The notes: generated from the sequence alone by a model not told the origin. Counted from the stretch's first letter, positions 1 through 9,624 are shown. The stretch: DNA of 45,806 nucleotides from an uncultured Clostridia bacterium (GCA_947627315.1 CANQVN010000002.1:1-45806); one strand, 5' to 3'. Made by a program: numbers and translations.

Positions 1-1187
1 CCGCCCTTGCCGCAAAAGACTATATTATAAGTACCTTCGGTAAAAGCTACTATCCCGCGTCCCGCCGCATTTACAAGACCAAGAAAAACGCGCAGGACGC
101 GCACGAGGCGATAAGACCGACAAACGTATCCCTCACCCCAGAAAGCGTCCGTCAGTCTCTCACTTCCGATCAGTACAGGCTGTATAAGCTCATTTACGAG
201 CGGTTTATCGCAAGCCAGATGAGCGACGTGATATACGACACTCAGTCGGTGGATATTTCGGACGGTGAATATCTGTTCAAGGCATACTGCCAATCTGTAA
301 GCTTCAAGGGATTTTCCGCCGTTTACAAGGACGCGGATAAAGAAGAAAACGACAAGCGTATGTTTAAGCTGGAGGAAAACGACAAGCTGAAGCTCTCTGA
401 GCTTGAGCGCGTTCAAAACTTCACCCAGCCGCCCTCACGCTACACAGAGGGTACGCTCACAAAGGCGCTGGACGAAAACGGCATCGGCAGACCTTCGACA
501 TTTATGCCTATTATTTCAACAATACTGGCGCGCGGATACGTCGAGCGGGACGGCAAGTTTTTAAAGCCGACAAACCTCGGCGAGATAACGACAAAGCTGA
601 TGAAGGATTATTTTTCCTCCATTATTGACTACGACTTTTCGGCAAGCCTTGAAACGGAGCTTGATAAGATTTCCGACGGGCAGATAAGCTGGCAGCAGCT
701 TATCTCGGAGTTTTACAAAATATTCAGCACAACGCTGTCCGACGCCGAGGAGGCGCTTAAAGAGACGCGAATAAAGGTCCCCGACGAAGTGACGGATGAA
801 ATCTGCCCCAAGTGCGGCAAAAACCTCGTCATTAAAAACGGGCGTTACGGCAAGTTTCTCGCTTGCCCCGGCTATCCCGAGTGCAAGTTTACAAAAGCGA
901 TTGTGACCGATACAGGCGTACCCTGCCCCAAGTGCGGCGGAAAAATAGTCAAAAAGAAATCGCACAGCGGCAAGGTCTTTTTCGGCTGTGAAAATTACCC
1001 GAACTGCGATTACGTCACCTGGGACGAGCCGCTTAAAACAAAGTGCGAGATATGCGGCGGCACGCTGTTTCGCAAAAACGGCAGGCGCAGAGTGGTATAC
1101 TGCTCCAACCCCGACTGTAAAAAAGCGCTGAAAGCCTCCGAAAAAAAGAACGCCGCATCCGACACAAAAGAGGCGGAAAATGAATAA
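1..1187 (+). CDS. topA: DNA topoisomerase I, C-terminal part (5' end lies outside the window; reading frame starts at nt 3)
   Basis: The frame is open from nt 3. It contains [11 protein letters not shown] and [14 protein letters not shown] motifs and three C4 zinc-ribbon repeats (CPKCG...CPGYPEC, CPKCGG...CENYPNC, CEICGG...CSNPDC). Confidence 0.95.
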   Translation, partial: ALAAKDYIISTFGKSYYPASRRIYKTKKNAQDAHEAIRPTNVSLTPESVRQSLTSDQYRLYKLIYERFIASQMSDVIYDTQSVDISDGEYLFKAYCQSVSFKGFSAVYKDADKEENDKRMFKLEENDKLKLSELERVQNFTQPPSRYTEGTLTKALDENGIGRPSTFMPIISTILARGYVERDGKFLKPTNLGEITTKLMKDYFSSIIDYDFSASLETELDKISDGQISWQQLISEFYKIFSTTLSDAEEALKETRIKVPDEVTDEICPKCGKNLVIKNGRYGKFLACPGYPECKFTKAIVTDTGVPCPKCGGKIVKKKSHSGKVFFGCENYPNCDYVTWDEPLKTKCEICGGTLFRKNGRRRVVYCSNPDCKKALKASEKKNAASDTKEAENE

Positions 1188-2484
1188 AGCCACTGTTATC
1201 GGCGCGGGGCTTGCGGGATGTGAGGCAGCTTACCGGCTCGCGCAAAGCGGTGTAAAGGTAAACCTTCACGAAATGAAGCCGGATAAAAAAAGCCCCGCTC
1301 ACAGCAGCGACGGATTTGCGGAGCTTGTCTGCTCAAATTCGCTTCGCGCCGAGGGGCTTTCAAACGCCGTCGGGCTTTTGAAAGAGGAAATGCGAAGGCT
1401 GAACTCGCTGATTATAAGCTGTGCCGACAAAACCCGCGTTCCGGCAGGCGGCGCGCTTGCGGTGGACAGACTCGCGTTTTCAAACGCTGTGACGGAGAAA
1501 ATACGCTCCCACCCAAATATAACGGTTATAAACGGCGAGGTTAAAGATCTTTTTACCACCGAAAACATAATTATAGCGTCGGGACCGCTGACAAGCGATG
1601 CGCTGTCGGAAAGCATCGGAAAGCTGCTTGGAAGCAAGTATCTGCATTTTTTTGACGCTGCGGCGCCTATCGTTACATTTGACAGCATTGATACAGATAT
1701 TGCCTTTTTTGCCTCGCGCTACGACAAGGGTACGCCCGATTACGTCAACTGCCCGATGACGCAGGAGCAGTACGACAGGTTTTACGACGCGCTTGTGACA
1801 GCCGAGTGCGCGCCGATACACGAGTTTGAAAACAATGTGTTTGAGGGCTGTATGCCGGTAGAGGTTATGGCAAAGCGCGGAAGGCAGACGCTGCTGTTCG
1901 GTCCGTTAAAGCCGGTAGGGCTGATTGACCCGCGAACAGGCAGACGCTCCCACGCGGTAGTCCAGCTGCGAAAGGATAATGCCGCAGGAACGATGTATAA
2001 CATCGTCGGGTTCCAGACTCACCTTAAATTTCCCGAGCAAAAGCGGGTCTTTTCAATGATACCGGGGCTTGAAAACGCCGAATTTGTGCGTTACGGGAAA
2101 ATGCACCGAAACACCTACATAAATTCACCCAAAACGCTCACCCCGTTTTACAGCCACAGAAGCTGTCCCACTCTTTTTTTCGCCGGTCAGATGACAGGCG
2201 TCGAGGGGTACGTCGAGTCGGCGGCGTCGGGGCTTGCGGCAGGTATAAACCTCTCGCGTATAATCCACGGCAAAAAGCCGGTTGATTTTACAAACCGCAC
2301 GGCGATAGGCGCGCTCGCCCATTACGTAAGCGAGGAAAACAGCGCCGATTTTCAGCCGATGAACGTAAATTTCGGTATAATCGAGCCGCTCGGATATCGC
2401 ATTAAATCAAAGGCGGACAGATACGCGGCAATTTCCGCGCGAGCGCTTGAAAAAATAGACGAAATAGCAGGAGAATTACTATGA
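1180..2484 (+). CDS. trmFO: Methylenetetrahydrofolate--tRNA-(uracil-5-)-methyltransferase TrmFO (Gid)
   Basis: N-terminal FAD fold [16 protein letters not shown]. Length is 434 aa. GAGG RBS lies 6 nt upstream. It overlaps the topA stop by 8 nt, and topA-trmFO synteny is classical in Firmicutes. Confidence 0.93.
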   Translation: MNKATVIGAGLAGCEAAYRLAQSGVKVNLHEMKPDKKSPAHSSDGFAELVCSNSLRAEGLSNAVGLLKEEMRRLNSLIISCADKTRVPAGGALAVDRLAFSNAVTEKIRSHPNITVINGEVKDLFTTENIIIASGPLTSDALSESIGKLLGSKYLHFFDAAAPIVTFDSIDTDIAFFASRYDKGTPDYVNCPMTQEQYDRFYDALVTAECAPIHEFENNVFEGCMPVEVMAKRGRQTLLFGPLKPVGLIDPRTGRRSHAVVQLRKDNAAGTMYNIVGFQTHLKFPEQKRVFSMIPGLENAEFVRYGKMHRNTYINSPKTLTPFYSHRSCPTLFFAGQMTGVEGYVESAASGLAAGINLSRIIHGKKPVDFTNRTAIGALAHYVSEENSADFQPMNVNFGIIEPLGYRIKSKADRYAAISARALEKIDEIAGELL

Positions 2485-3467
2485 AAATCGCGGTAGATGC
2501 TTTTGGCGGCGACAACGCGCCGAAGGAAATAATAAAAGGCTGTAGGCTTGCATGCGACGAGCTTGGCGTTACGCCTGTGCTTTGCGGTAATCGCGATATA
2601 ATCTTAAAAACAATGCAAAGCGAAAACATAAGCCAAAGCGGAATGGAGATTGCAGACGCAAACAGCGTGCTTTCAATGGAGGACGAACCGACGTCCATTT
2701 TGAAAGAAAAAAGCGACTCGTCGATGGCGGCTGCATTCAGGCTTGTCAAAGCCGGCGAGTGCGACGCTTTTGTGTCCGCAGGAAACAGCGGCGCGCTGCT
2801 TGTCGGCGCAACAATGATACTAAAGCGAATAAAAGGCGTAAAGCGGGCGGCGTTCGCATCTGTTTTCCCCTCGGCGACAGGTCCGCTGCTGCTTGCGGAC
2901 ATGGGCGCAAATTCGGTGTGCAAGCCGGAATATCTGCTCCAGTTCGCACAGTTTGGCTGTGAGTATATGAAGCATATGCACGGCATTGAAAGCCCGCGCG
3001 TTGCCCTGCTCAACAACGGAACGGAGCCGCACAAGGGTCAGCAGCTCCAGCAGGACGCATATAAGCTGCTTTCCGAGTCCGCGCTCAACTTTATCGGCAA
3101 CGTCGAGGGCCGCGCTCTTGCAAACGGCGGGTGCGACGTTATCGTAACGGACGGGTTTACCGGCAACATCGCGCTTAAAACCTACGAGGGCGTCGGCAAA
3201 ATGATGTCCGAGGGCATAAAAGACGTGTTTGAGCATGGCATTTTAACAAGCATAGGCGCGGTATTTGTATTAAAACAGCTTAACGACTTCAAAAAGAAAT
3301 TTGACTATAAAGAATACGGCGGCGCGCCGCTGCTTGGCATATCAAGCCCCGTTATAAAGGCTCACGGCTCGTCCGACGCGCGCGCTTTCAAAAACGCGAT
3401 ACGGCAGGCGGTTGAGTATACAAACAGCGGCATAATCGAAAAAATGAGCAGTCCCGCCGAAAACTGA
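2481..3467 (+). CDS. plsX: Phosphate acyltransferase PlsX
   Basis: [15 protein letters not shown]-terminus and GNSGA, GFTGNI(A)LKT motifs. AGGAG RBS. ATGA overlap with the trmFO stop. Confidence 0.94.
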   Translation: MKIAVDAFGGDNAPKEIIKGCRLACDELGVTPVLCGNRDIILKTMQSENISQSGMEIADANSVLSMEDEPTSILKEKSDSSMAAAFRLVKAGECDAFVSAGNSGALLVGATMILKRIKGVKRAAFASVFPSATGPLLLADMGANSVCKPEYLLQFAQFGCEYMKHMHGIESPRVALLNNGTEPHKGQQLQQDAYKLLSESALNFIGNVEGRALANGGCDVIVTDGFTGNIALKTYEGVGKMMSEGIKDVFEHGILTSIGAVFVLKQLNDFKKKFDYKEYGGAPLLGISSPVIKAHGSSDARAFKNAIRQAVEYTNSGIIEKMSSPAEN

Positions 3468-3485
3468 AGGAGCATTTTTACATAG

Positions 3486-4175
3486 ATGAACGCAAATGAG
3501 CTTCAAAACAAGATAGCATATAAATTTGCCAAAAAAGAGCTTTTGACCTACGCGCTCACCCACTCGTCATATGCAAACGAGCATATGCACAACAGTAAGT
3601 GCTGCAACGAGCGGCTTGAGTTTTTAGGAGACGCGGTGCTGGGCTTTGTCTGCGCCGAGATGCTCTACGAGCGTTTTCCGAACAAGCCGGAAGGCGAAAT
3701 GTCGAAAATGCGCTCGTCGCTTGTCTGTGAGTCCGCGCTTGCAGACTATGCAAGGCAGATAGAGCTCGGCAGCTATATGCTGCTCGGTCACGGCGAAGAA
3801 AATGCGGGCGGACGCGAGCGTCCCTCCACTGTCTCTGACGCATTTGAGGCGCTGATAGCCGCCATCTATCTTGACGGCGGTATGGAATGCGCGAAAAAAT
3901 TCATTCTCCCGTTTCTCACAAGTGCGCTTGAAAGCGACAGACGTACGCACACTCTGAACCGGGATTATAAAACGGCTTTGCAGGAAATCGCCCAGCAAAA
4001 TCCGGGCGAGCTTATCAGCTACAGGGTCGTCGGCGAGTCGGGTCCCGACCATAACAAGCTGTTTACGGTAAGCGTGTATCTTAACAGCAACCTGCTTGCC
4101 ACGGCAACGGGAAAAAGCAAAAAGGAAGCCGAGCAGAACGCGGCACACGAAGCGCTTAAGCTTATGGGCGAATAA
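3486..4175 (+). CDS. rnc: Ribonuclease III
   Basis: RNase III signature NERLEFLGDAVL, plus a C-terminal dsRBD (KTALQE...KKEAEQNAAHEAL). Confidence 0.95.
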   Translation: MNANELQNKIAYKFAKKELLTYALTHSSYANEHMHNSKCCNERLEFLGDAVLGFVCAEMLYERFPNKPEGEMSKMRSSLVCESALADYARQIELGSYMLLGHGEENAGGRERPSTVSDAFEALIAAIYLDGGMECAKKFILPFLTSALESDRRTHTLNRDYKTALQEIAQQNPGELISYRVVGESGPDHNKLFTVSVYLNSNLLATATGKSKKEAEQNAAHEALKLMGE

Positions 4176-4177
4176 CA

Positions 4178-5149
4178 ATGAGCCACTCGAACATTTCTAT
4201 TTTCATCCCCCACCTCGGCTGCCCGTTTAACTGTATTTTCTGCGACCAATACAAGATTACGGGCGTGGACAGATCTGTCACGCCAGCCGACGTCAAAAAA
4301 ACTCTAAAAGCCGCCGCAAACGATTTACATCTTTCGAAAAAAGAGACGCAAATCGCTTTTTTCGGCGGCTCTTTTACAGCTATAAACCGAAAATTGATGG
4401 TAGAATATCTTGAGTCCGCCGCCAGCTTTCTCGGCGAGGGCGGTTTTGACAGCATCAGGATTTCCACCCGCCCCGACTGCGTGCAGGACGACGTTTTGGA
4501 GCTTATTTCACATTACGGCGTCAAAACCATTGAGCTTGGCATTCAGAGCTTTGACGACGACGTTCTGCGCGCCTCAAAGCGCGGATACGATGCAAAGACG
4601 GCAATCGACGCGTGCAAAAGAATTACCGAACACGGCTTTGAGCTTGGCGTGCAGATGATGTGCGGGCTGCCAAACGACACGCCAAAAAAGGATATGCTGA
4701 CCGCAAGGATAACCTGCGAGCTTGGCTGTAAGCAGGTGCGAATATACCCCGTGATTGTTATCCGCGGAACTGAGCTTCAACGTATGTACGAGCGCGGACA
4801 GTACGCTCCGATTTCGCTCGAGGACGCGGTTTCCGTCTGTTCAAGACTTTACAGGTTTTTTAATGAAAACGGGGTTACAATCTTAAAAATGGGGCTTCAC
4901 AGCGCATCCGACAGCGTTGCGGGACCGTTTCACCCCGCTTTCGGCGAGCTTGTTCGCTCGCGGGCGTTTTTGGATGATATAAAAGGAAAGCTTTCGGGCA
5001 AAACACACACCGTTTACGTCTCGCCCGCTTTTATCTCAACCGCCATAGGAAACGGCAGAGCAAACGTAAAAGAGCTTGAAAGAAGCGGAATACAGGTTGT
5101 TTTCAAGCAGGACAGCACGCTTTCTTTGGGAGAATACAGAGTTGAATGA
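4178..5149 (+). CDS. Radical SAM protein, ELP3-like catalytic domain without a GNAT domain
   Basis: CPFNCIFC (CX3CX2C) at residues 15-22. TIM-barrel-like core of about 300 aa. It starts 2 nt after the rnc stop. Confidence 0.8.
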   Translation: MSHSNISIFIPHLGCPFNCIFCDQYKITGVDRSVTPADVKKTLKAAANDLHLSKKETQIAFFGGSFTAINRKLMVEYLESAASFLGEGGFDSIRISTRPDCVQDDVLELISHYGVKTIELGIQSFDDDVLRASKRGYDAKTAIDACKRITEHGFELGVQMMCGLPNDTPKKDMLTARITCELGCKQVRIYPVIVIRGTELQRMYERGQYAPISLEDAVSVCSRLYRFFNENGVTILKMGLHSASDSVAGPFHPAFGELVRSRAFLDDIKGKLSGKTHTVYVSPAFISTAIGNGRANVKELERSGIQVVFKQDSTLSLGEYRVE

Positions 5150-5162
5150 AATATGCCTAAAT

Positions 5163-5192
5163 AAAAACCGTCTGCAAAAGCAGACGGTTTTT
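5163..5192. terminator. Bidirectional intrinsic terminator between the convergent radical SAM gene and secG
   Basis: Stem ccgtctgc (5168-5175), loop aaaa, stem gcagacgg (5180-5187). An A-run precedes it and a T-run follows, so a U-tract is present on both strands. Confidence 0.8.
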
Positions 5193-5206
5193 AACAGCCT
5201 ATTTTA

Positions 5207-5455
5207 TTATATCCCAATCCAGTTGAGAAGCAGAATGCAGATTACAAGAATAATCGTAACCACAATGGTGATGACGGCAAGCTTATAATCCCTGCTGCGA
5301 TTTTTGTTTTTGCTGAAAAAGGTGTCCATATCAGCCGAGCTGCCCGCCATCGCGCCAAGTCCGTTGCTCTTGCCCTGCTGGACGCTGATGCAAACGATAG
5401 TGACAACGCACAGAGCCAAAACAACCGAACCCAAAATTATCTGAATTAACGACAT
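5207..5455 (-). CDS. secG: Preprotein translocase subunit SecG
   Basis: 82 aa with two TM segments flanking a VQQGKSNGLGAMAGS loop, the typical SecG pattern. Confidence 0.82.
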   Translation of the reverse strand: MSLIQIILGSVVLALCVVTIVCISVQQGKSNGLGAMAGSSADMDTFFSKNKNRSRDYKLAVITIVVTIILVICILLLNWIGI

Positions 5456-5491
5456 TTATATTACACAACCTTTCAAATCAATACGCAAATT

Positions 5492-5520
5492 ATGATACCA
5501 TACTTTATATGGAAATGCAA
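5492..5520 (-). promoter_or_regulatory. Predicted sigma-A promoter of secG
   Basis: On the minus strand: TTGCAT (5520-5515), 17 nt, TATCAT (5497-5492) with an extended TGg. An A/T-rich UP-like tract lies upstream. Confidence 0.5.
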
Positions 5521-5671
5521 GGCTTTTTTATTTTTTTAACTTGAAAAAAATAGAAAAACATTATTTTCACCCCACTTTTGAACATTTATGACCTTGTAAA
5601 ATGTTCATTTCGGGGAGTTTTGAACGTTTTCAACAGAGTTTTGAACATAATTTATGTCAACCTAAAATAAC

Positions 5672-6433
5672 TCAGCTTTGTTTTGACAACTTTTTTTCGA
5701 CCACGGCAAGCAAAATATATGCCGCGGCAAGAAGGCAAATTCCGACCGTAAGCACGTATTTCAGAACAAACAGGCGGACAATAAGCGACGCTGTTGCAAC
5801 GGCGGCAAAAACAGCCGTCTGCCACACTCTCACTCCCGAAAACAGTTTAGACGCAAGATAGGATATAAACAGCCCGAAAAGTATCACGCATATCATAATC
5901 ACGGTATAAAGCCGATATCCTATAAGCGGCATGTCTGCAAAGTTTAACGATGAAGCGAAAAATATGTCCGTCATACGCAGTAAAATACAGTATATAGCGC
6001 ACATTATCGTCTGAAATGCGTAGGCGCGGCTTATAAAATAGTAAACCGCGTAAGCCGCGAATATGCAAATGTAGCTTATAACGGCGTATTTTGCACACAG
6101 CGTTCTGTTATGGCTGAGAGGAATCACCGCCGCGGCGGACGCCGCCGAAAAGGACAGAATAAGAGCGCTTGACGGCGGAAACAGCTTTTCTGAGCTGTCA
6201 CCCTCGCGCCTTTTGAAAAGCAGGGAGAATACACAGGCGCAGATAAAAAGCAGCAGTGTGCCTGCCATCACCGCGTACTCAATATACCTGTAATAATTAT
6301 TTATGACAAGCTGATGCTTTTTGAAAGGAATTATATACAGCCATGTCAAAGCCGACAGCAGCGCGAATGAAAAGAACATAATGACAACCCTGCTGACCGC
6401 AGTTTCGTTTTTGCTTACTTTTTTTGTACCCAT
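5672..6433 (-). CDS. Hypothetical polytopic membrane protein (about 7-8 predicted TM segments), last gene of the prmA-rsmE operon
   Basis: 253-aa ORF with repeated hydrophobic stretches. AAAGGAA RBS is 8 nt upstream of the ATG, and the gene starts 13 nt after the rsmE stop. I recognise no family motif. Confidence 0.6.
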   Translation of the reverse strand: MGTKKVSKNETAVSRVVIMFFSFALLSALTWLYIIPFKKHQLVINNYYRYIEYAVMAGTLLLFICACVFSLLFKRREGDSSEKLFPPSSALILSFSAASAAAVIPLSHNRTLCAKYAVISYICIFAAYAVYYFISRAYAFQTIMCAIYCILLRMTDIFFASSLNFADMPLIGYRLYTVIMICVILFGLFISYLASKLFSGVRVWQTAVFAAVATASLIVRLFVLKYVLTVGICLLAAAYILLAVVEKKLSKQS

Positions 6434-6446
6434 TTTTTATATTCCT

Positions 6447-7172
6447 TTACAGATTATCCGTCATAGAAAGAAGTATCGGCAGTAAAAACGAGGCGGCGTC
6501 CTCCGTGCGCAGTATCCGCCCGCCGAGCGAGACGCCGTCAATCCCGCGCCTTGCCGCAAGCTCAATTTCCTCCGGCGATATTCCGCCCTCGGGACCTATC
6601 AAAAAGGCTATATCGCCGTGCAGCATATCGCGCGTTATTTTCCTTGTCCGCTCCTGCTCGTAGCAGATAAACCGCGTTGGGTACTCGCATAGCCGCTCGA
6701 TTGCCGTGCTGAAATCGACAGCGTTTTCAACCCTCGGAATACAGCCGCGCATACTCTGCATAGCGGACGAGCGCGAGATTTTGTTAAGCCGCTCCGTCTT
6801 TTTTGAAAGCGTCTTTTTATCGGGGCGGGAAATACAGCGGCTGCTTATAACGGGAACTATACGGTAAACGCCGAATTGTACGCAGCGCTTTACCATATCG
6901 TCCATCTTGTCGCCCTTCGGAAGGCACTGAAACACCGTGATTTTAATTTTCGGCTCGGTCTCATTCCGAGCGCTCGACAGTACCGAAAAGACGGCGGAGC
7001 CTGCTTGAACCGACAAAAGCTTACACCGATAATCGGTAAATTCGCCGTCGTAAAACACCGCTGTGTCGCCGACTGACATACGAAGCGAGTTGCATATATG
7101 GTTAAACTTTTCGCCCGATACGGTAAATTTCCCGTCGTTAATGCGCTCGCCATCTAAAAAGAAACGCTGCAT
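6447..7172 (-). CDS. rsmE: 16S rRNA (uracil1498-N3)-methyltransferase RsmE
   Basis: MQRFFL N-terminus, PUA-like N-domain and C-terminal SPOUT motif GPEGG(I)SPEE. Follows prmA as in Firmicutes. Confidence 0.9.
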   Translation of the reverse strand: MQRFFLDGERINDGKFTVSGEKFNHICNSLRMSVGDTAVFYDGEFTDYRCKLLSVQAGSAVFSVLSSARNETEPKIKITVFQCLPKGDKMDDMVKRCVQFGVYRIVPVISSRCISRPDKKTLSKKTERLNKISRSSAMQSMRGCIPRVENAVDFSTAIERLCEYPTRFICYEQERTRKITRDMLHGDIAFLIGPEGGISPEEIELAARRGIDGVSLGGRILRTEDAASFLLPILLSMTDNL

Positions 7173-7173
7173 A

Positions 7174-8115
7174 TCACTTTTTCACGGCTGAAATTGCAAC
7201 CCAGCCGCGCCTTTCCCCGATTTTGGTAATTTCAAAGCCGCGGCTTTCAATATGCCGTATGACCTCGTCCTTGCGGCTGTCGATTATCCCCGAGCAGATG
7301 AATATCCCGTTTTCCTTTAATATGCCGCCGACGCTGTCCGACAGGGTTTTAATTACGTCGGCAACGATATTTGCCACGGCGATATCATACCTGCCGCGCG
7401 CAAGCTCGATAAGGTCTCCGCATACAAACGCGGCTTTGTCCTCAAGCGAGTTTATCTGAGCGTTTGCCCGCGCCGCGGCGACCGCGGCGGCGTCTATATC
7501 GCAGCCCTCTGTCTCACCTGCCCCAAGCCGCGCCGCCGCAAGCGCAAGTATCCCGCTGCCGCAGCCGATATCTATAACGCGCTTGCCGGAAAGCTCAAGC
7601 TCGGACAAAAGCTCAAGGCAAAGGGCCGTCGTCTCGTGTGAGCCTGTGCCGAACGCCATTCCGGGGTCGATTTTAATTATCGGCAGGTCTGTTTCAACAT
7701 TCTCCCACGCGGGGGTCACAATAAGCTTTCCGCCTATCTCAATCGGGCGGTAAAACTGCTTCCAGTTATCCTTCCAGTCGTTGTCCGACACGGTGGAAAC
7801 GCTCATTTCAAGCGTGCCGTATTCCCCGTTTACATCAGCTTTTTTAAGTCTTTTAAGGCTGTTTTCAACCGACCTTATAATTTCGTCTCCCTGCGAGTTT
7901 TTAGCCGTGTAAAACTTTATGGCGGAGCGCTGGGACGACAAAGTCAAAAGCTTGTCGTCAACATAGTCGTAAGCGGGTATGCGAGTTTTCATAAACTCCT
8001 CAAAATCCCTGCTGTCGCACACCTCAAACCCGCCGATACCGTTTACAATAAGCAGGTTTGAAACATGCTCAATCCCGACGGAGCTTGTGTATATTACAGA
8101 CATATTGTAATCCAT
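7174..8115 (-). CDS. prmA: Ribosomal protein L11 methyltransferase PrmA
   Basis: SAM-binding motif VIDIGCGSGILA and an FGTGSHETT motif. I chose the ATG at 8115 (GAGGG RBS 8 nt upstream) rather than the TTG at 8136 in the ORF track. Confidence 0.9.
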   Translation of the reverse strand: MDYNMSVIYTSSVGIEHVSNLLIVNGIGGFEVCDSRDFEEFMKTRIPAYDYVDDKLLTLSSQRSAIKFYTAKNSQGDEIIRSVENSLKRLKKADVNGEYGTLEMSVSTVSDNDWKDNWKQFYRPIEIGGKLIVTPAWENVETDLPIIKIDPGMAFGTGSHETTALCLELLSELELSGKRVIDIGCGSGILALAAARLGAGETEGCDIDAAAVAAARANAQINSLEDKAAFVCGDLIELARGRYDIAVANIVADVIKTLSDSVGGILKENGIFICSGIIDSRKDEVIRHIESRGFEITKIGERRGWVAISAVKK

Positions 8116-8160
8116 TATATTTACCCTCAAAAACAAATGGGAAATGTTTTCCCATCTGCA

Positions 8161-8189
8161 ATTATATAAAATTTACTTTATATTGTCAA
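8161..8189 (-). promoter_or_regulatory. Predicted consensus sigma-A promoter of the prmA operon
   Basis: On the minus strand: TTGACA (8189-8184), 17 nt, TATAAT (8166-8161). Confidence 0.6.
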
Positions 8190-8201
8190 TATCACATAGG
8201 C

Positions 8202-8230
8202 TTGTAAAAATACGATAATGATGTTATAAT
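8202..8230 (+). promoter_or_regulatory. Predicted sigma-A promoter of rarA
   Basis: TTGTAA (8202-8207), 17 nt, TATAAT (8225-8230). It lies about 30 nt upstream of the rarA ATG. Confidence 0.55.
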
Positions 8231-8259
8231 GTAATAAATTCCAAACCGGAGAAAAAAAG

Positions 8260-9600
8260 ATGTATGAGCAGCGTTCACTGTTTATGAAAGATGACGACCG
8301 CCCGCTTGCCGCGCGGCTTCGCCCGCAGACGCTTGATGAGTTCTGCGGTCAAACGCACCTGCTCGGACAGGGTATGGTGCTTAGAAAAATCATTGAAGGC
8401 GACAAGGTCGGTTCGATGATATTCTGGGGACCTCCCGGCGTCGGCAAAACAACGCTCGCGCGGATAATCGCAAACCGCACGCAGGCGGATTTTATTGATT
8501 TTTCCGCCGTAACAAGCGGAATAAAAGAGATAAAGCAGGTAATGCAGCAAGCGGAGGAGAGCAGGAATTTCGGAGGCAGGACTATACTGTTTGTGGACGA
8601 AATACACCGCTTTAACAAAGCGCAGCAGGATGCGTTTTTACCGTTTGTCGAAAAGGGCAGCATTATCCTCATAGGAGCTACGACAGAAAACCCCTCGTTC
8701 GAGGTAAACAGCGCGCTGCTGTCGCGGTGCAAGGTGTTCGTGCTTCAAGCTCTTAAAACGGAGGAGCTTGTAAAGCTTCTCTCCCGCGCCATTACAGACG
8801 AGCGCGGGTTTGGAAAGCAGAAAATCGAGATATCGAACGAGCTTTTGGAGACAATCGCCGTTTTTGCAAACGGCGACGCGAGAAGCGCGCTGTCAACCCT
8901 TGAAATGGCGGTTTTAAACGGCACGGTCGAGGGCGACAAGACAATAGTGACAAAAGAGACAATTGAACAATGCACCTCCAAAAAATCGCTTCTGTACGAC
9001 AAGACGGGCGAAGAACACTACAACCTTATTTCCGCGCTGCATAAGTCAATGCGGAATTCCGACCCGGACGCCGCCGTATATTGGCTTGCAAGGATGCTGG
9101 AGGCGGGCGAAGACCCGCTGTATATCGCGCGGCGGGTGACGCGGTTTGCAAGCGAGGACATAGGTCTTGCCGACCCGCGCGCGCTGGAAATCGCGGTGGC
9201 GGCTTATCAGGCGTGCCATTTCATAGGTATGCCCGAATGCTCCGTGCATCTGACGCAGGCGGTGGTATATATGTCGGCGGCTCCAAAGTCAAACGCGCTC
9301 TATACCGCCTACGAAAAAGCTAAAAAGGACGCTCTTTCAACGCTTGCGGAGCCTGTGCCGCTCGTTATACGCAACGCGCCGACAAATCTCATGCGAGAGC
9401 TTAACTACGGCAAGGGCTATCAATACGCGCACGATTTTGATGAGGGGCTTACCGATATGCAATGCCTGCCCGACGCGCTTGAGGGCAAAACCTACTACTC
9501 TCCGACAGACCATGGCGTTGAAAATAAATTCAAGGCGCGAATTGAGCAGATAAAAGAATGGAAGCGCGCTCAAAGGAAAAACCGCGGCAAGTCACAATGA
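8260..9600 (+). CDS. rarA: Replication-associated recombination protein A (AAA+ ATPase RarA/MgsA)
   Basis: LAARLRPQTLDEFCGQ N-terminus, Walker A GPPGVGKTT, Walker B LFVDEIHRFNK, and C-terminal MgsA motifs (HYNLISALHKSMRNSD, YIARR). Confidence 0.93.
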   Translation: MYEQRSLFMKDDDRPLAARLRPQTLDEFCGQTHLLGQGMVLRKIIEGDKVGSMIFWGPPGVGKTTLARIIANRTQADFIDFSAVTSGIKEIKQVMQQAEESRNFGGRTILFVDEIHRFNKAQQDAFLPFVEKGSIILIGATTENPSFEVNSALLSRCKVFVLQALKTEELVKLLSRAITDERGFGKQKIEISNELLETIAVFANGDARSALSTLEMAVLNGTVEGDKTIVTKETIEQCTSKKSLLYDKTGEEHYNLISALHKSMRNSDPDAAVYWLARMLEAGEDPLYIARRVTRFASEDIGLADPRALEIAVAAYQACHFIGMPECSVHLTQAVVYMSAAPKSNALYTAYEKAKKDALSTLAEPVPLVIRNAPTNLMRELNYGKGYQYAHDFDEGLTDMQCLPDALEGKTYYSPTDHGVENKFKARIEQIKEWKRAQRKNRGKSQ

Positions 9601-9617
9601 CTTGCCGCAATTTTTTT
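9584..9617. terminator. Intrinsic terminator shared by convergent rarA and the flavin reductase gene
   Basis: Stem gcggcaagtca (9584-9594) pairs with tgacttgccgc (9598-9608) and overlaps the rarA stop. It is followed by aattttttt. On the minus strand the stem is followed by ggttttt. Confidence 0.75.
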
Positions 9618-9624
9618 GGTACTT

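Noticed and set aside
5618-5636. cre-like (CcpA) site TTGAACGTTTTCAA.
   Set aside because: The half-sites are 2 nt too close to fit the 14-bp cre consensus TGWAANCGNTNWCA. The sequence is better explained as part of the phased TTTTGAAC repeat array.
5601-5861. 86-aa + strand ORF starting in the secG upstream region.
   Set aside because: It runs antisense into the 3' end of the membrane protein gene. It has no RBS and no recognisable domain.
8116-8136. N-terminal extensions offered by the ORF track for prmA (8136), pfkA (13324), rluD (30007), the MFP-like gene (34661), the ricA-like gene (40498) and the SLH protein (44577).
   Set aside because: In each case an internal ATG or GTG is preceded by a well-spaced GGAGG-type RBS and gives the expected family N-terminus or signal peptide. 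The upstream extensions would overlap neighbouring genes or promoters.
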